Part shown: piece after piece, positions 40,168 through 50,482 of the stretch | How the letters are laid out: each line of letters begins with the position of its first letter | How positions within the stretch are numbered: position 1 is the stretch's first letter | DNA from: Candidatus Edwardsbacteria bacterium RifOxyA12_full_54_48 | GTDB taxonomy: Bacteria; Edwardsbacteria; AC1; EtOH8 | Length of the DNA: 64,000 nt | Reading direction: 5' to 3' | NCBI GenBank assembly: GCA_001777915.1 | Contig: MFFN01000004.1 | Location: forward strand, 617,744-681,743 | Position numbers and translations under genes: made by a program | The notes under the pieces: model-generated | What the model was told of the DNA's origin: nothing | What the model saw: the letters and a program-made list of their open reading frames with translations, nothing else | The model's database searches: none

Positions 40168-41829
40168 CTATTTCTCCTCCACGGCGGTTGAAGCCTCGGC
40201 CTTGGCCAGAAGGGCCTGGTCGATCTCGACCGGATATTTGGCCTTGAGGGAGGTCAGCAGGTCGCCCAGTATGGCCTCCTCCTGGGACTGCCGCAGCTTG
40301 AACTCTATCTCCCGCTGGGACTCCTCGAAGGTCCGCTGTTTGGCCGGGGTCTTCTCGGTGACCTTGATGACGGCGAAATTATTGCGATAGGCAAAGGGGC
40401 GGCTGGGCTGGTTGAGGGCCAGGCCGAAGGCCATCCGGGAAAGCTCCGGAAGTTCGGCGTCGTTGCTCTCCACCCACCGCAGGGCTCCGCCGGAGGCCTT
40501 GGAGGGATCCACCGAACGCTCCCTGGCCAGCTGGGAGAAATCGGCCCCCTTGGACAGCAGGCTGTAGATCTCCTGGGCCTGGGCCATCTCCGGCACGGCG
40601 ATGATGTAAACCAGGGCCTTGGCCGGCTGGTAGAACTCCTTTTTATTTTTCTGATAATACTGCTTGGCCTGATCGGGGCCCAGCAGCACCTTGCCGGAGA
40701 CGTCCTCCCGATAGTAAGCCTCGGCCAGCATATTGTCCCTGGTCCGGCTGAGCTGGTCTTTGACCTTGGGGTTCTGCTCGATGCCCTTGGATTTGGCCCG
40801 GGCCAGCAGCAGGTCGCTGACGATCAGCCCCTCCACCTGTTCCTTCAGGCGGTCGGCCTGGTTCAGGTCCAGGGCCCCGCGCATATAGCGGTTCACGTTA
40901 TCATACAGGGTCTGCACCGTCCAGGAGCCGCCGTTGTAGGTGATGACGGTCTTCTTGAGTTCCTCGGGGGAGGCCTGGGGCAGGGCCGGCAGGGGCTGGC
41001 CGGGGGCCTGCTTGGCGGCCAGGGCCTGGATGATATCGCCCTTGATCTTTATATTGGCGCCATCCCGAAGCTTGGTGATGTATTTATTGGCCAGCTCCCT
41101 GGGCCGGGTGGAGGAGATCTGCTGTTTGATGCGGTCCTTCATTTCTTCGAAAGGCTGAAGCGGCACCTCCCGCAGGGAATCCAGCCGGATGATGTGGAAG
41201 CCGAAGGCGGTCTTTATGGGCTTGCTGGTCTGGCCCGGCTTCATGGAAAAGGCCGCCGCCTGAAATTCCTCGACCATCTTGCCCCAGCCGAACCATCCCA
41301 GGTCGCCGCCACGCTGAGCGGAGCCTCGGTCGACCGATTTGCTGCCGGCCAGCTGGGCGAAATCTCCGCCGCCTTTAAGGGCCTGGGCGACCTCTTTGGC
41401 CTCCTCTTCGGTCTTCACCAGGATATGGCTGGCCTTGGCTTCCTTGCCCAGCCGTTCATAAAATTTCTTGACATCCGAATCGGAGGGCTGGGCCCTTTTG
41501 AGGATCTCGTCCCTGTAAAGCTCCTGCAGCAGGATGTTCTTCTTGAGCTCTTCCAGGTCCTGGACCAGTTTGGGATCCTTGTCCATTCCCCGGGCCACCG
41601 CCTCATTGACCATCAATTTCTGGTCCACCATCCGGTTAAGCAGTTCCTGCTTGCCGGCCAAAACAGCGGCCGAATCGCCGGGGATCATAGGCGGCTTGTA
41701 GGCATCCTGGAACTCGCCCAGGGTTATTTTGCTGCCGCCGACACTGGCGATGGTCTTATTGCGGCTGCTGCACGAGGTTAGCGCTATGGTCAAGCTTAAG
41801 ATCAGGGCGGTAGAAAGCCATCGTTTCAT
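40168..41829 (-). CDS. Two-domain PpiC-type foldase lipoprotein
   Basis: LTSC lipobox; KASHILV, RGGDLGWF, TAFGFHII; second parvulin-like domain. Confidence 0.88.
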   Translation of the reverse strand: MKRWLSTALILSLTIALTSCSSRNKTIASVGGSKITLGEFQDAYKPPMIPGDSAAVLAGKQELLNRMVDQKLMVNEAVARGMDKDPKLVQDLEELKKNILLQELYRDEILKRAQPSDSDVKKFYERLGKEAKASHILVKTEEEAKEVAQALKGGGDFAQLAGSKSVDRGSAQRGGDLGWFGWGKMVEEFQAAAFSMKPGQTSKPIKTAFGFHIIRLDSLREVPLQPFEEMKDRIKQQISSTRPRELANKYITKLRDGANIKIKGDIIQALAAKQAPGQPLPALPQASPEELKKTVITYNGGSWTVQTLYDNVNRYMRGALDLNQADRLKEQVEGLIVSDLLLARAKSKGIEQNPKVKDQLSRTRDNMLAEAYYREDVSGKVLLGPDQAKQYYQKNKKEFYQPAKALVYIIAVPEMAQAQEIYSLLSKGADFSQLARERSVDPSKASGGALRWVESNDAELPELSRMAFGLALNQPSRPFAYRNNFAVIKVTEKTPAKQRTFEESQREIEFKLRQSQEEAILGDLLTSLKAKYPVEIDQALLAKAEASTAVEEK

Positions 41830-42036
41830 TTTTCTTAAACTCCTTAACAATTAGATTGGATTATAAACGGTTATTAAATGCAAAACATCAGTTTATCATA
41901 GTTAAGCGCTGTTTGCAATATGAATTTTTAAAATATTACGACTCCGTGACGGCCGCAGAAATCTATTGAGAAACCGGGGCCGATTCTGTTATAATAAAAG
42001 CCCGTCAACTGTTAAACTTAATAAATGAGGTGACCT

Positions 42037-43758
42037 TTGCGCTGGAGTAAAGCTTTCATACCCACCATCAAGGAGGACCAGGCCGAGGCCGAGATGCAGA
42101 GCCATCAGCTGATGCTGAGATCCGGAATGATCCGCCAACTGACCGCCGGGGTCTACGAATATCTGCCCCTGGGGTGGCGGGTGTTCCTGAAGGTGATGCA
42201 GATAGTCCGGGAGGAGATGAACCGGGCCGGGGCCCAGGAGCTTTTTCTGCCGGCCCTGGCGCCGGCCGAGATCTGGCAGGAGAGCGGGCGGTGGGAGGAT
42301 TTCGGGGACGAGATGTTCCGGGTCAAGGACCGTAAAAAAAGGGACTATGCCCTGTGCCCCACCCACGAGGAGATCATCACCGACCTGGCCCGGGCCAAGC
42401 TTCGTTCCTACCGGGACCTGCCCCAGAACTGGTACCAGATGCAGGTCAAGTTCCGCGACGAGCCCCGGCCCCGCTCCGGGGTGCTCCGGGTGCGGCACTT
42501 CATAATGAAGGACGCCTACAGCATGGACCGGGACCAGGCCGGGCTGGACATCTCCTACCAGGCCATGTACGACGCCTACCACCGTATATTCTCCCGCTGC
42601 GGCATCAAATTCTTCGTGGTGGGGGCCTCCTCGGGGCTGATGGGGGGCAGCGGCTCCCAGGAGTTCATGGTGGCCTCGCCCTCCGGCGAGGATTCCTGCG
42701 CGGTCTGCCCGGCCTGCGGATACGCCGCCAACCTGGAAGTGGCCCAATCCCAGGTCGCCAGCCCGGCCTATCCCGCTGCGGCACTGGCCGAGGTGCCCAC
42801 CCCGGAGAAGCGGACAGTGGAGGAGGTCTGCGGGTTCCTGAAAATTCCCGCCTCGCAGCTGGTCAAGAGCCTGCTATATATGGCGGACGGCCAGCCAGTG
42901 TTCGCCCTGGTCCGGGGCGACGATGAATTGAACGAGTCCAAGCTCCAGACGGCCCTGGGGTCTGGCAACTTCCGTCCGGCCACCCCGGAGGAGGTGCTTA
43001 AAACAACCCAGGCCAATGTGGGTTTCATCTCCCCGGTGGGGATCGACGGCATAAAAGTGCTGGCCGACCTGGCTCTGCAGGGCGCCCAGGGCATGGTCTC
43101 CGGCGCCAATAAGGACCACCATCACCTGAGCGGCATCGACCTGGCCCGCGACGTCAAGGTGGAGAGATATGCCGATCTCCGGATGGTCAGGGCCGAGGAG
43201 CCCTGCATAAAATGCGGCCAGCCGCTGATCGTCACCCAGGCCATCGAGCTGGGGCACGTCTTCAAGCTGGGCACCAAGTATTCCCAGGCATTAAAGGCCA
43301 ATTTCGTGGACGAGGACGGCAGCGAAAAACCGCTGGTGATGGGCTCCTACGGCATCGGGATCGAGCGGGTGGCGGCCTGCATCATCGAGCAGAGCCACGA
43401 CCAGTCGGGCATCATCTGGCCGCTGGCGGTGGCGCCCTATCAGGTGATCATCAGCCAGCTGGGCGGGCCGGGCACCGAATCGGCCAAGGTTTCGGAATCC
43501 CTGTATAATGAACTGCAGGACGCCCGGTTCGAGGTCCTGCTGGACGACCGCGAGGAGCGGCCGGGCTTCAAGTTCAAGGACGCCGACCTGACCGGAATTC
43601 CCATCCGCATCAACGTGGGCGAGAAGAGCCTGCGGGAGGGGCTGGTGGAGATCAAACAGCGCCGGGACGGGCAGGTGTTCAAAGTGCGCCCCGAGGAGGT
43701 GCGCCGCAAGATCCAGGAGCTGACCTCGGTGGAGATGTGGCCGCTGAAGCAGCAGTAG
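42037..43758 (+). CDS. proS: Proline--tRNA ligase (bacterial type with editing domain)
   Basis: TTG start after GAGGTG; PTHEE, KFRDEPRPRSG, IELGHVFKLGTKYS, MGSYGIG, KFKDADLTG. Confidence 0.98.
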   Translation: MRWSKAFIPTIKEDQAEAEMQSHQLMLRSGMIRQLTAGVYEYLPLGWRVFLKVMQIVREEMNRAGAQELFLPALAPAEIWQESGRWEDFGDEMFRVKDRKKRDYALCPTHEEIITDLARAKLRSYRDLPQNWYQMQVKFRDEPRPRSGVLRVRHFIMKDAYSMDRDQAGLDISYQAMYDAYHRIFSRCGIKFFVVGASSGLMGGSGSQEFMVASPSGEDSCAVCPACGYAANLEVAQSQVASPAYPAAALAEVPTPEKRTVEEVCGFLKIPASQLVKSLLYMADGQPVFALVRGDDELNESKLQTALGSGNFRPATPEEVLKTTQANVGFISPVGIDGIKVLADLALQGAQGMVSGANKDHHHLSGIDLARDVKVERYADLRMVRAEEPCIKCGQPLIVTQAIELGHVFKLGTKYSQALKANFVDEDGSEKPLVMGSYGIGIERVAACIIEQSHDQSGIIWPLAVAPYQVIISQLGGPGTESAKVSESLYNELQDARFEVLLDDREERPGFKFKDADLTGIPIRINVGEKSLREGLVEIKQRRDGQVFKVRPEEVRRKIQELTSVEMWPLKQQ

Positions 43759-43839
43759 GTGTTCATTTAATTTATTCATATTCACCAATTTTTTTTGGTA
43801 AGTTGGATATTCCGACAGAGGGCGCTATAAAACATATTA

Positions 43840-43871
43840 GAAAAGGCTGGGACTATGCCCCGGCCTTTTTT
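43840..43871 (+). terminator. Intrinsic terminator after proS
   Basis: AAAAGGCTGGG-ACTATGC-CCCGGCCTTTTTT. Confidence 0.75.
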
Positions 43872-43918
43872 CTTTCCTGCCGGGGTAATTGCATTTCCCG
43901 GCAACGCTGTGGTAATAT

Positions 43919-44671
43919 ATGTCCATGGAGTTTTCACCCCATCTCATCGAAGCAATAAAAAAGGCCCGGAGCTGTCTGGTCCTGACCGGGGCCGGGGTCT
44001 CGGCCGAGAGCGGCCTGCAGACCTTCCGGGGCATGCAGGGTTTATGGGATGATTTCGATCCCATGAAACTGGCCACCCCGGAGGCCTTCGCCTGCGAGCC
44101 GAAAAAGGTCTGGGAATGGTACCAGTGGCGCCGGGAGAAACTGCCGCTGGTCCAGCCCAACCCTGCTCATAAGGCCATCGCGGAGATGGAAAGATATTTC
44201 GACGATTTTCTGCTGGTCACCCAGAACATAGACGGCCTGCATCAACGGGCCGGCAGCACCAAGATGGTGGAGCTGCACGGAAATCTCAACCGCAACAAGT
44301 GCTCCCGCTGCGGCCTGATGATAGAGACCCTGCCGGCCTCCGACGAGATCCCGCCCCGCTGTCAGTGCGGCGGGCGCATTCGTCCGGACGTGGTCTGGTT
44401 CGGCGAGATGCTGCCGGAGGCGGTCCTCAGGCAAGCCTGGCGGGCGGCCGAGAATGCCGACCTGTTCCTTTCGATGGGCACCTCCTCGGTGGTCCAGCCG
44501 GCGGCCTCCCTGGGACTGGTGGCCAAAAATAACGGGGCGGTCTTGATCGAGGTGAACCTGGAGAAAACTGAACTGAGCGGCATTTTCGACCAGGTCTTTT
44601 TGGGGAAGGGCGGCCAGGTAATGCCTTCGATCCTGGAGGAGATCATAAAGGCCAAGGCCGGCGGGAACTGA
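43919..44671 (+). CDS. cobB: NAD-dependent protein deacylase (sirtuin)
   Basis: LTGAGVSAESG..TFRG, TQNIDGLHQRAG, ELHG, RPDVVWFGE, GTSSVVQPAA. Confidence 0.93.
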   Translation: MSMEFSPHLIEAIKKARSCLVLTGAGVSAESGLQTFRGMQGLWDDFDPMKLATPEAFACEPKKVWEWYQWRREKLPLVQPNPAHKAIAEMERYFDDFLLVTQNIDGLHQRAGSTKMVELHGNLNRNKCSRCGLMIETLPASDEIPPRCQCGGRIRPDVVWFGEMLPEAVLRQAWRAAENADLFLSMGTSSVVQPAASLGLVAKNNGAVLIEVNLEKTELSGIFDQVFLGKGGQVMPSILEEIIKAKAGGN

Positions 44672-44727
44672 ATGATTGGCAATGGTTTTGCAACGCTCAA
44701 GGGCTGGCTGTCGGCCTAAGTATTGTA

Positions 44728-44756
44728 TTGACAGGGCCGGCTTTTTGTAATAATAT
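44728..44756 (+). promoter_or_regulatory. sigma70-type promoter
   Basis: TTGACA-N17-TAATAT. Confidence 0.6.
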
Positions 44757-44809
44757 GAAGATAAGATTTTCAGGGCCCGGGTCCATCACTGATGACGGGG
44801 GTGGCCGAT

Positions 44810-46282
44810 ATGAATCGGAAAGTCTTGAAAAATTCTTGGAGCAGCGGCAGGCATCAGCGCCTGATCTTTACGATGTCCGGCCTGATGCTTTTTATGTTTG
44901 CTGGATGCGCCACCACCTCTTTTTGGCAAAAATGGGATCAAACGGAACAGAAAAGATATTTCGGCCTTACTTTCATCGAGGGCGATTCCATCCCGGCCAG
45001 GTACCGCAGCATCCCGGATCAGGAATCGCGGGACGCTTGGTATAAGCTGTATTGGGCGGTAAAAGATCCGGAGGGATGGTTGCTGCCCCAGCACCAGGCC
45101 AGGCTGGACAAGGCCTGGAACGAATACGGCGGCAAAATGTTCTTTCGGGATGACCGCAGCCGCATCCTGGTAAGGTACGGCCCGCCGGAAAGCCAGGCCG
45201 GCAACCAGCCCTTCAGGCATGCCCTGGGCTCGGAGCGGCTGGCCGGAGGGGAATACATAAAGGAAAGAACCTGGATGATCTGGGAATATCCCTCCCAGGG
45301 CCGCTATTACGATTTTCTGCTGAACCACAGCCGCTTTGAACTTATTGCCGCCACCTTCAGCGACAAGATGCATCCGGTGGCCTATTTTTCGGCCGACTCT
45401 GGCGGAAGGCGAACCGGGACATCCCCCAGGGCGGAGAGACCGCTGGATTGCGGTCATGGCCGGTTCAGGTCGGCCGACGGCAGCAAGGTCCGCTGGGAGA
45501 TATATTGGCGGATCCCGGCGGCAGAGTACAAACAGCATGGTCAGGATAAAAGATATTCAGGTATATTCCAGCTGTATGGCAATGACAAATTGATCTCCAG
45601 CGACACGGTGGATTATGCCATTAAATATACCGGGGAGGAGCTGCTGCTGCCCCGGGCCTACGGCCAGAGAAATTTAGATCTGATACCAGGGCGGTACAAA
45701 ATGAAAATAGAGTTGATCCCCCAGCCCGGCGACACGGTTTATACCGGCGAGATGGAGGCCGAGCTGGTGGGATACCGTTCCGGGGTCCGGGAGGCCAGCG
45801 ATGTCGAGATGGCTGTTCTGCAGGACAGCAGCTATGTCTCCTCCGATTTCCGCAAAGGGAAATTCCGCAGAATAATGCCGGCGGTCTCGGAAAAAATTAA
45901 CCGGGGCCAGCCCTTCTACGTTTATTACGAGATTTACAGCCTGAGCATCAATTCATCAGGCGAACATCAGGCGGCCGTGGGACACGGGATATTTTTAAGC
46001 GATACCACCGGGGTGCTTAAAGAATGCATCGTCGATACCAGGGACCTGTTCTACCAGGATAAAGGTGATCAGTTGGATGCCTGCCACAAGGTGCATCCCA
46101 TGGGCCTGGAGCCGGGAGAATACATACTGGTGATCGACGTCAAGGACCTGATCTCGGGAAGGATCAGCAAGATAACCCATCCCTTCCAGATAACTGGCGC
46201 TCCCGGTGACCGGATCATGGCGGATAAAAAAAATACCACCCTGCCGGTGTATGCCCCTCCCAAATCTCCGCTGAGGTATTGA
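44810..46282 (+). CDS. Divergent GWxTD-domain-like lipoprotein
   Basis: FAGC lipobox; YWAVKDP...FRDDRSRILVRYGPP...WEY; start could be 44792. Confidence 0.7.
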   Translation: MNRKVLKNSWSSGRHQRLIFTMSGLMLFMFAGCATTSFWQKWDQTEQKRYFGLTFIEGDSIPARYRSIPDQESRDAWYKLYWAVKDPEGWLLPQHQARLDKAWNEYGGKMFFRDDRSRILVRYGPPESQAGNQPFRHALGSERLAGGEYIKERTWMIWEYPSQGRYYDFLLNHSRFELIAATFSDKMHPVAYFSADSGGRRTGTSPRAERPLDCGHGRFRSADGSKVRWEIYWRIPAAEYKQHGQDKRYSGIFQLYGNDKLISSDTVDYAIKYTGEELLLPRAYGQRNLDLIPGRYKMKIELIPQPGDTVYTGEMEAELVGYRSGVREASDVEMAVLQDSSYVSSDFRKGKFRRIMPAVSEKINRGQPFYVYYEIYSLSINSSGEHQAAVGHGIFLSDTTGVLKECIVDTRDLFYQDKGDQLDACHKVHPMGLEPGEYILVIDVKDLISGRISKITHPFQITGAPGDRIMADKKNTTLPVYAPPKSPLRY

Positions 46283-46286
46283 TAAG

Positions 46287-47717
46287 ATGAAATATCGCAG
46301 CCCCTTATATTTCATGGCCTTTGCCTTGGCATTGATGGGCGGATGCGCCACTCTGAATTATCAAAAAGTACCCAAACCGGAGCGTAAAAGATATTTTGAG
46401 CTGGCGGCCGTCTCCTCCCAAAAAGCGGCCGATGAATATGCCGCCCTGGCCGATTCAACCGACCGGGAGATGTTCTGGCGGAAATTCTGGAAGGAGAAGG
46501 ACCCCACCCCCACCACCCAGGGCAATGAAAGATACGACGAACATTTGCGCCGGGTGGCCTACGCCGACACCTTCTTCCCCCAGCTCATCACCTTTTGGGA
46601 CGACCGGGGGAGGACATATATCAGATACGGCGAGCCGGACTACCGGGAAGTGAATCCCATGGGGGATGCCTTGTACGGCCATGATCCCTTTGATGTTAGC
46701 ATTGATGCAGACATTGAAAAAGGATCGCGCCGAAAGATTTCCGGCACCTACGGCTGGGAGAAGTGGACCTATAGCCAGCTGGCCCAGACCTTCTCCTTTC
46801 TCCAAAGGGACGTGGGATATTTTTTGGTCAGGGACCTGGATGCCGCCAAAAGCGGTATCGCTGCGGCCACCATAATGTCTATGCAGGCCATTGATGCCCC
46901 GATGCCGACCCTGTCCGATACCATGGCCTCCGATTTATACCGGCATGACTACGGACAGCCGCTGAATTTTCCCTTCGACCTAGCCAGGTTCGCCGCCCGG
47001 GGAAAAGCCGAGGTGTGGATAAGCTACAGCATCCCCCTGGGGAAGATAGATTATGATACGGCAGACGGCCGGGGTCTCTTGAACAGAAGCATCGTGATAT
47101 TTGATGAAAAGATGGCGGAGGTCGGCTGGGAAGAAAGCGTGCTTGCCCCCCAAGGGCCGGGAGGCGCAGTAAAAGGGGACGAGCTCCAGGCAGTGGATCT
47201 GGTCAAATTCAGCCTAAACCCGGGCGGGTACACCATGGCCATCAGTTTGATGGACCTTAATTCCGGGAAGACCGGGATATACAAATATAAGTTCTCGGTG
47301 ATCGATTATAAAACCGGGGCCGAGGAGACCAGCGATCTGCTGCTGTGCAGCGATATCCGGCAGGACAGCAGCCAAGGGAGATTCAGCAAAGGGGGATACC
47401 GGCTGATACCCCAGCCCGGGAAGTCCTTTAAAAAGGACCGGGATATATATTTCTATTGCGAGTTATATAATATAAAATACTCTCCGGCCGAACCCCGGAT
47501 GTTGCGGGTCAGACACCTGATATTTCCCAAAAAGGGAAACAAGGTCATGGCATCCCAGCCGGTATTGATCCGGGCCGGCAGCGAAACGCTGGCGCTGACC
47601 AGCGGCATAGCAACCGGGGACCTGCCGGCAGGGGATTATATCCTGGTGGTCGAGATCTGGGATCAAGATAACGGAAAAGTAAAAAATGTGGCGACCTCCT
47701 TCCGGATCCATAAGTAA
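46287..47717 (+). CDS. GWxTD-domain lipoprotein
   Basis: MGGC lipobox; FWKEKDPTPTTQGNERYDEHLRRVAYADTFF...WDDRGRTYIRYGEPD. Confidence 0.85.
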   Translation: MKYRSPLYFMAFALALMGGCATLNYQKVPKPERKRYFELAAVSSQKAADEYAALADSTDREMFWRKFWKEKDPTPTTQGNERYDEHLRRVAYADTFFPQLITFWDDRGRTYIRYGEPDYREVNPMGDALYGHDPFDVSIDADIEKGSRRKISGTYGWEKWTYSQLAQTFSFLQRDVGYFLVRDLDAAKSGIAAATIMSMQAIDAPMPTLSDTMASDLYRHDYGQPLNFPFDLARFAARGKAEVWISYSIPLGKIDYDTADGRGLLNRSIVIFDEKMAEVGWEESVLAPQGPGGAVKGDELQAVDLVKFSLNPGGYTMAISLMDLNSGKTGIYKYKFSVIDYKTGAEETSDLLLCSDIRQDSSQGRFSKGGYRLIPQPGKSFKKDRDIYFYCELYNIKYSPAEPRMLRVRHLIFPKKGNKVMASQPVLIRAGSETLALTSGIATGDLPAGDYILVVEIWDQDNGKVKNVATSFRIHK

Positions 47718-47737
47718 TGATTGGACGAAATCCCTTC

Positions 47738-47767
47738 TTGACAAGGATGTTGCCATAGTTGTATATT
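47738..47767 (+). promoter_or_regulatory. sigma70-type promoter
   Basis: TTGACA-N18-TATATT. Confidence 0.6.
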
Positions 47768-47813
47768 AATACCGGTAAACCGATAACTATAACAATCAGC
47801 TACAGGAGCGAAC

Positions 47814-47945
47814 ATGGCCAGGAGCAAGAATAAACAGAAAAAGAAAAGTCTGGATTTCAAGAGAAAACGAACCCGCCGTATCCAGAGGAAAAAAGCCATC
47901 ACGGCGGTAGCCGGCGGAATCAACAAGGCGTCAGCCAAAAAGTAA
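47814..47945 (+). CDS. Small highly basic protein, 43 aa (absent from ORF track)
   Basis: AGGAG RBS; MARSKNKQKKKSLDFKRKRTRRIQRKKAITAVAGGINKASAKK. Confidence 0.7.
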   Translation: MARSKNKQKKKSLDFKRKRTRRIQRKKAITAVAGGINKASAKK

Positions 47946-48039
47946 ATCCGGCCGGCGCCGTCAGCAGCCCCATAAAATACAGCGGCTGGCTTCGATAAGC
48001 CGGCCGCCGGAATTTCCAACGTTTTTTAGGAGACAGGAC

Positions 48040-48345
48040 ATGGCCATTGCCGAGATCACCCTCGTGCCGGTGGGCACCGGGAGTCCCAGCGTTTCCAGTT
48101 TTGTGGTGGACACCATCAAGCTGGCAAAAAGCACCGGGCTGAAGCTGGAGATAACCTCCATGGGCACCAATATCGAGGGCCCGCTGGAAGATATTCTGGC
48201 CGTGGCCCAGGCCATGCATCAGCGCTGCCTTTCCACCGGGGCCGAACGGGTGTTCACCTCCATCAAGATCGACGACCGCAGGGACAAGCCGGTCACCATC
48301 GAAGGAAAGCGGGCCCGGGTGGTGGAGGGGCTCAAGAAAAAATAA
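48040..48345 (+). CDS. MTH1187 family thiamine-binding protein
   Basis: MAIAEITLVPVGTGSPSVSSFV, MGTNIEG, RVFTSIKIDDRRDK. Confidence 0.9.
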   Translation: MAIAEITLVPVGTGSPSVSSFVVDTIKLAKSTGLKLEITSMGTNIEGPLEDILAVAQAMHQRCLSTGAERVFTSIKIDDRRDKPVTIEGKRARVVEGLKKK

Positions 48346-48374
48346 TTCCCGACGCAGCTGTTTCACTTAGGGTA

Positions 48375-49574
48375 ATGAAAATGGAACATATCTATCTTGA
48401 TCACAACGCCACCACGCCGGTGCGGCCCGAGGTCCTGCAGGCCATGCTTCCCTTTTACGGCCCCGAGTACGGGAACCCCTCCAGCATCCATTGGCTGGGC
48501 CGCGAGGCCCGCCAGTCCATCGAGAAATCCCGGGAACAGGTGGCGGCGGCCCTGGCCTGCGATCCCTCGGAGGTGGTCTTCACCGGCTCCGGGACCGAGT
48601 CCGACAACCAGGCCATCAAGGGGGCGGTCTTTGCCAACCGGGACCGGGGCGACCACATCATCACCACCAGGATCGAGCATCATGCGGTGCTCCACAGCTT
48701 TGAGTACCTGCAAAAACATTTCAACATCCGGACCACCTTTCTGGGGGTGGACCGATACGGCCTGGTGGATCCCGAAGAACTGCGACGGACGATAAACCAG
48801 AAGACCATACTGGTCTCGGTGATGCAGGCCAACAACGAGGTCGGCACCATCCAGCCCCTGCCGGAGCTGGCCGATATCTGCCGGGAGAACAAGGCGTTGT
48901 TTCACAGCGATGCCGTCCAGGCCTTCGGCAAACTGGAGACGGATGTGAAAACCCTGGGGGTGGATCTGCTGTCGGTATCGGCCCACAAAATATACGGCCC
49001 CAAGGGGACCGGGGCGCTGTATGTCAAAAAGGGAACCCGCCTGCATCCCCTGATCCACGGGGGCGGGCACGAGAGGAACCGCCGGGCCGGCACCGAGAAC
49101 GCCGCCGGGATCGTAGGGCTGGGGGCGGCCTCCGAGCTGGCGGCCGGCGAAAGGCTGGCCCAATGGGACCGCCTGACCGCCCTGCGGGAAAGATTGTGGC
49201 GGGGCATCGAGCGGAACATCCCCCATGTCCGGCGGAACGGGCATCCGGAAAAATCGCTGCCCGGCACCCTGAATGTCTCATTCGAATACGTCGAGGGGGA
49301 GGGCATCCTGCTGTCGCTGGACATGAAGGGGATCGCGGCCTCCTCCGGCTCGGCCTGCACCTCCGGCAGCCTGGAGCCGTCCCATGTGCTGGCGGCCATG
49401 GGCGTGCCCACCGAGATCGCCCAGGGGTCATTGCGTTTTTCCCTGGGAAGGGACAACACCGAACAACAGATGGATTACGCCGTGGAGGTGCTGGCCCAGG
49501 CGGTGGCCCGCTTGCGGGAGATGTCGCCCATCGCCCCCCGGGCATCCTGCGGCATCGAGGGCAAATCCAGCTGA
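48375..49574 (+). CDS. iscS: Cysteine desulfurase (IscS/NifS)
   Basis: IYLDHNATT, HSDAVQ, SAHKIYGPKG, RAGTEN, SSGSACTS. Confidence 0.93.
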   Translation: MKMEHIYLDHNATTPVRPEVLQAMLPFYGPEYGNPSSIHWLGREARQSIEKSREQVAAALACDPSEVVFTGSGTESDNQAIKGAVFANRDRGDHIITTRIEHHAVLHSFEYLQKHFNIRTTFLGVDRYGLVDPEELRRTINQKTILVSVMQANNEVGTIQPLPELADICRENKALFHSDAVQAFGKLETDVKTLGVDLLSVSAHKIYGPKGTGALYVKKGTRLHPLIHGGGHERNRRAGTENAAGIVGLGAASELAAGERLAQWDRLTALRERLWRGIERNIPHVRRNGHPEKSLPGTLNVSFEYVEGEGILLSLDMKGIAASSGSACTSGSLEPSHVLAAMGVPTEIAQGSLRFSLGRDNTEQQMDYAVEVLAQAVARLREMSPIAPRASCGIEGKSS

Positions 49575-49630
49575 GCTGTTTGACCCAAAGATTTTTAACA
49601 GGCCATCATCAATATCAGATGAGGTAAGTT

Positions 49631-50482
49631 ATGAAATCCCGCAAGAACAATTTCACCAAGGAGGTCATTTCATCCCTGGGCCAGGACAACGGAGAGACCG
49701 CGGAAATATTGAAACAGGTGGAGGCGGTGCGCCGGGAGAAGGCCGACAGCCTGTACAGCGATCTGATATTCACCCTGGTCCACCTTCACTTCAGCGAGAA
49801 CCAGGCCAAACAGCACTGGGAGAAGGTGCTGCAGCACAAGCAGGAGATGAGCCGGAAGCTGGGCCGCAATGTGGGGGTCAGGGTGGCCCTGCTGGATTAT
49901 TTCATCAACCTCCAGCAGCAGATCCAGAATCCCAAGATCATCGAGATTGACCTGTTCGAGAAGACCCTGCTGTCGGCGGTGACCGACGGCCTGACCGGGC
50001 TCTACAATCACCGTTTTTTCCAGGACCGTCTGGACGAGGAGGTGGAGAGGGCCCGGCGCTACGGGATGTCCTTCTCCCTGCTGATGATCGATGTGGACGA
50101 TTTCAAGATCTACAACGACACCAACGGGCATATCGCCGGAGATGTGCTGCTGGTTGAGATCTCCAAGATCCTGCTGCGGGCGGTGCGCAAGGTGGATGCC
50201 ACCTCCCGCTACGGGGGCGAAGAATTCACCATCATCCTGCCCTCCACCAAAAAGAAGGGGGCCCTGACCATCGCCGGGCGGATCTGCCAGAAGATAGCCG
50301 CTGGACGTTTTCCCAATCAGAAGGTGATGCCGGGCGGCAAAATCACGGTCAGCGCTGGGGTGGCCTCGTTCCCCGATGACGGGGCCAGCAAGATCGAGCT
50401 GCTGGATTGCGCCGACAAACTGTTGTATAGGGCCAAGGCCATGGGAAAGAACCAGGCTTTTGGGATCTGCGTGGAGGAGTGA
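49631..50482 (+). CDS. Diguanylate cyclase with uncharacterised N-terminal helical domain
   Basis: DGLTGLYN, IDVDDFKIYND..GH..GD, RKVD I-site, RYGGEEF. Confidence 0.93.
   Translation: MKSRKNNFTKEVISSLGQDNGETAEILKQVEAVRREKADSLYSDLIFTLVHLHFSENQAKQHWEKVLQHKQEMSRKLGRNVGVRVALLDYFINLQQQIQNPKIIEIDLFEKTLLSAVTDGLTGLYNHRFFQDRLDEEVERARRYGMSFSLLMIDVDDFKIYNDTNGHIAGDVLLVEISKILLRAVRKVDATSRYGGEEFTIILPSTKKKGALTIAGRICQKIAAGRFPNQKVMPGGKITVSAGVASFPDDGASKIELLDCADKLLYRAKAMGKNQAFGICVEE

Noticed and set aside
38026..41829. Three adjacent PPIase genes as a novel system
   Set aside because: Clusters of SurA/PpiC foldases are a familiar arrangement in diderm envelope operons.
43919..44671. Sirtuin as an anti-phage (Thoeris/DSR-type) effector
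   Set aside because: Ordinary CobB-type deacylase with zinc-binding cysteines in a housekeeping context; no defence partners.
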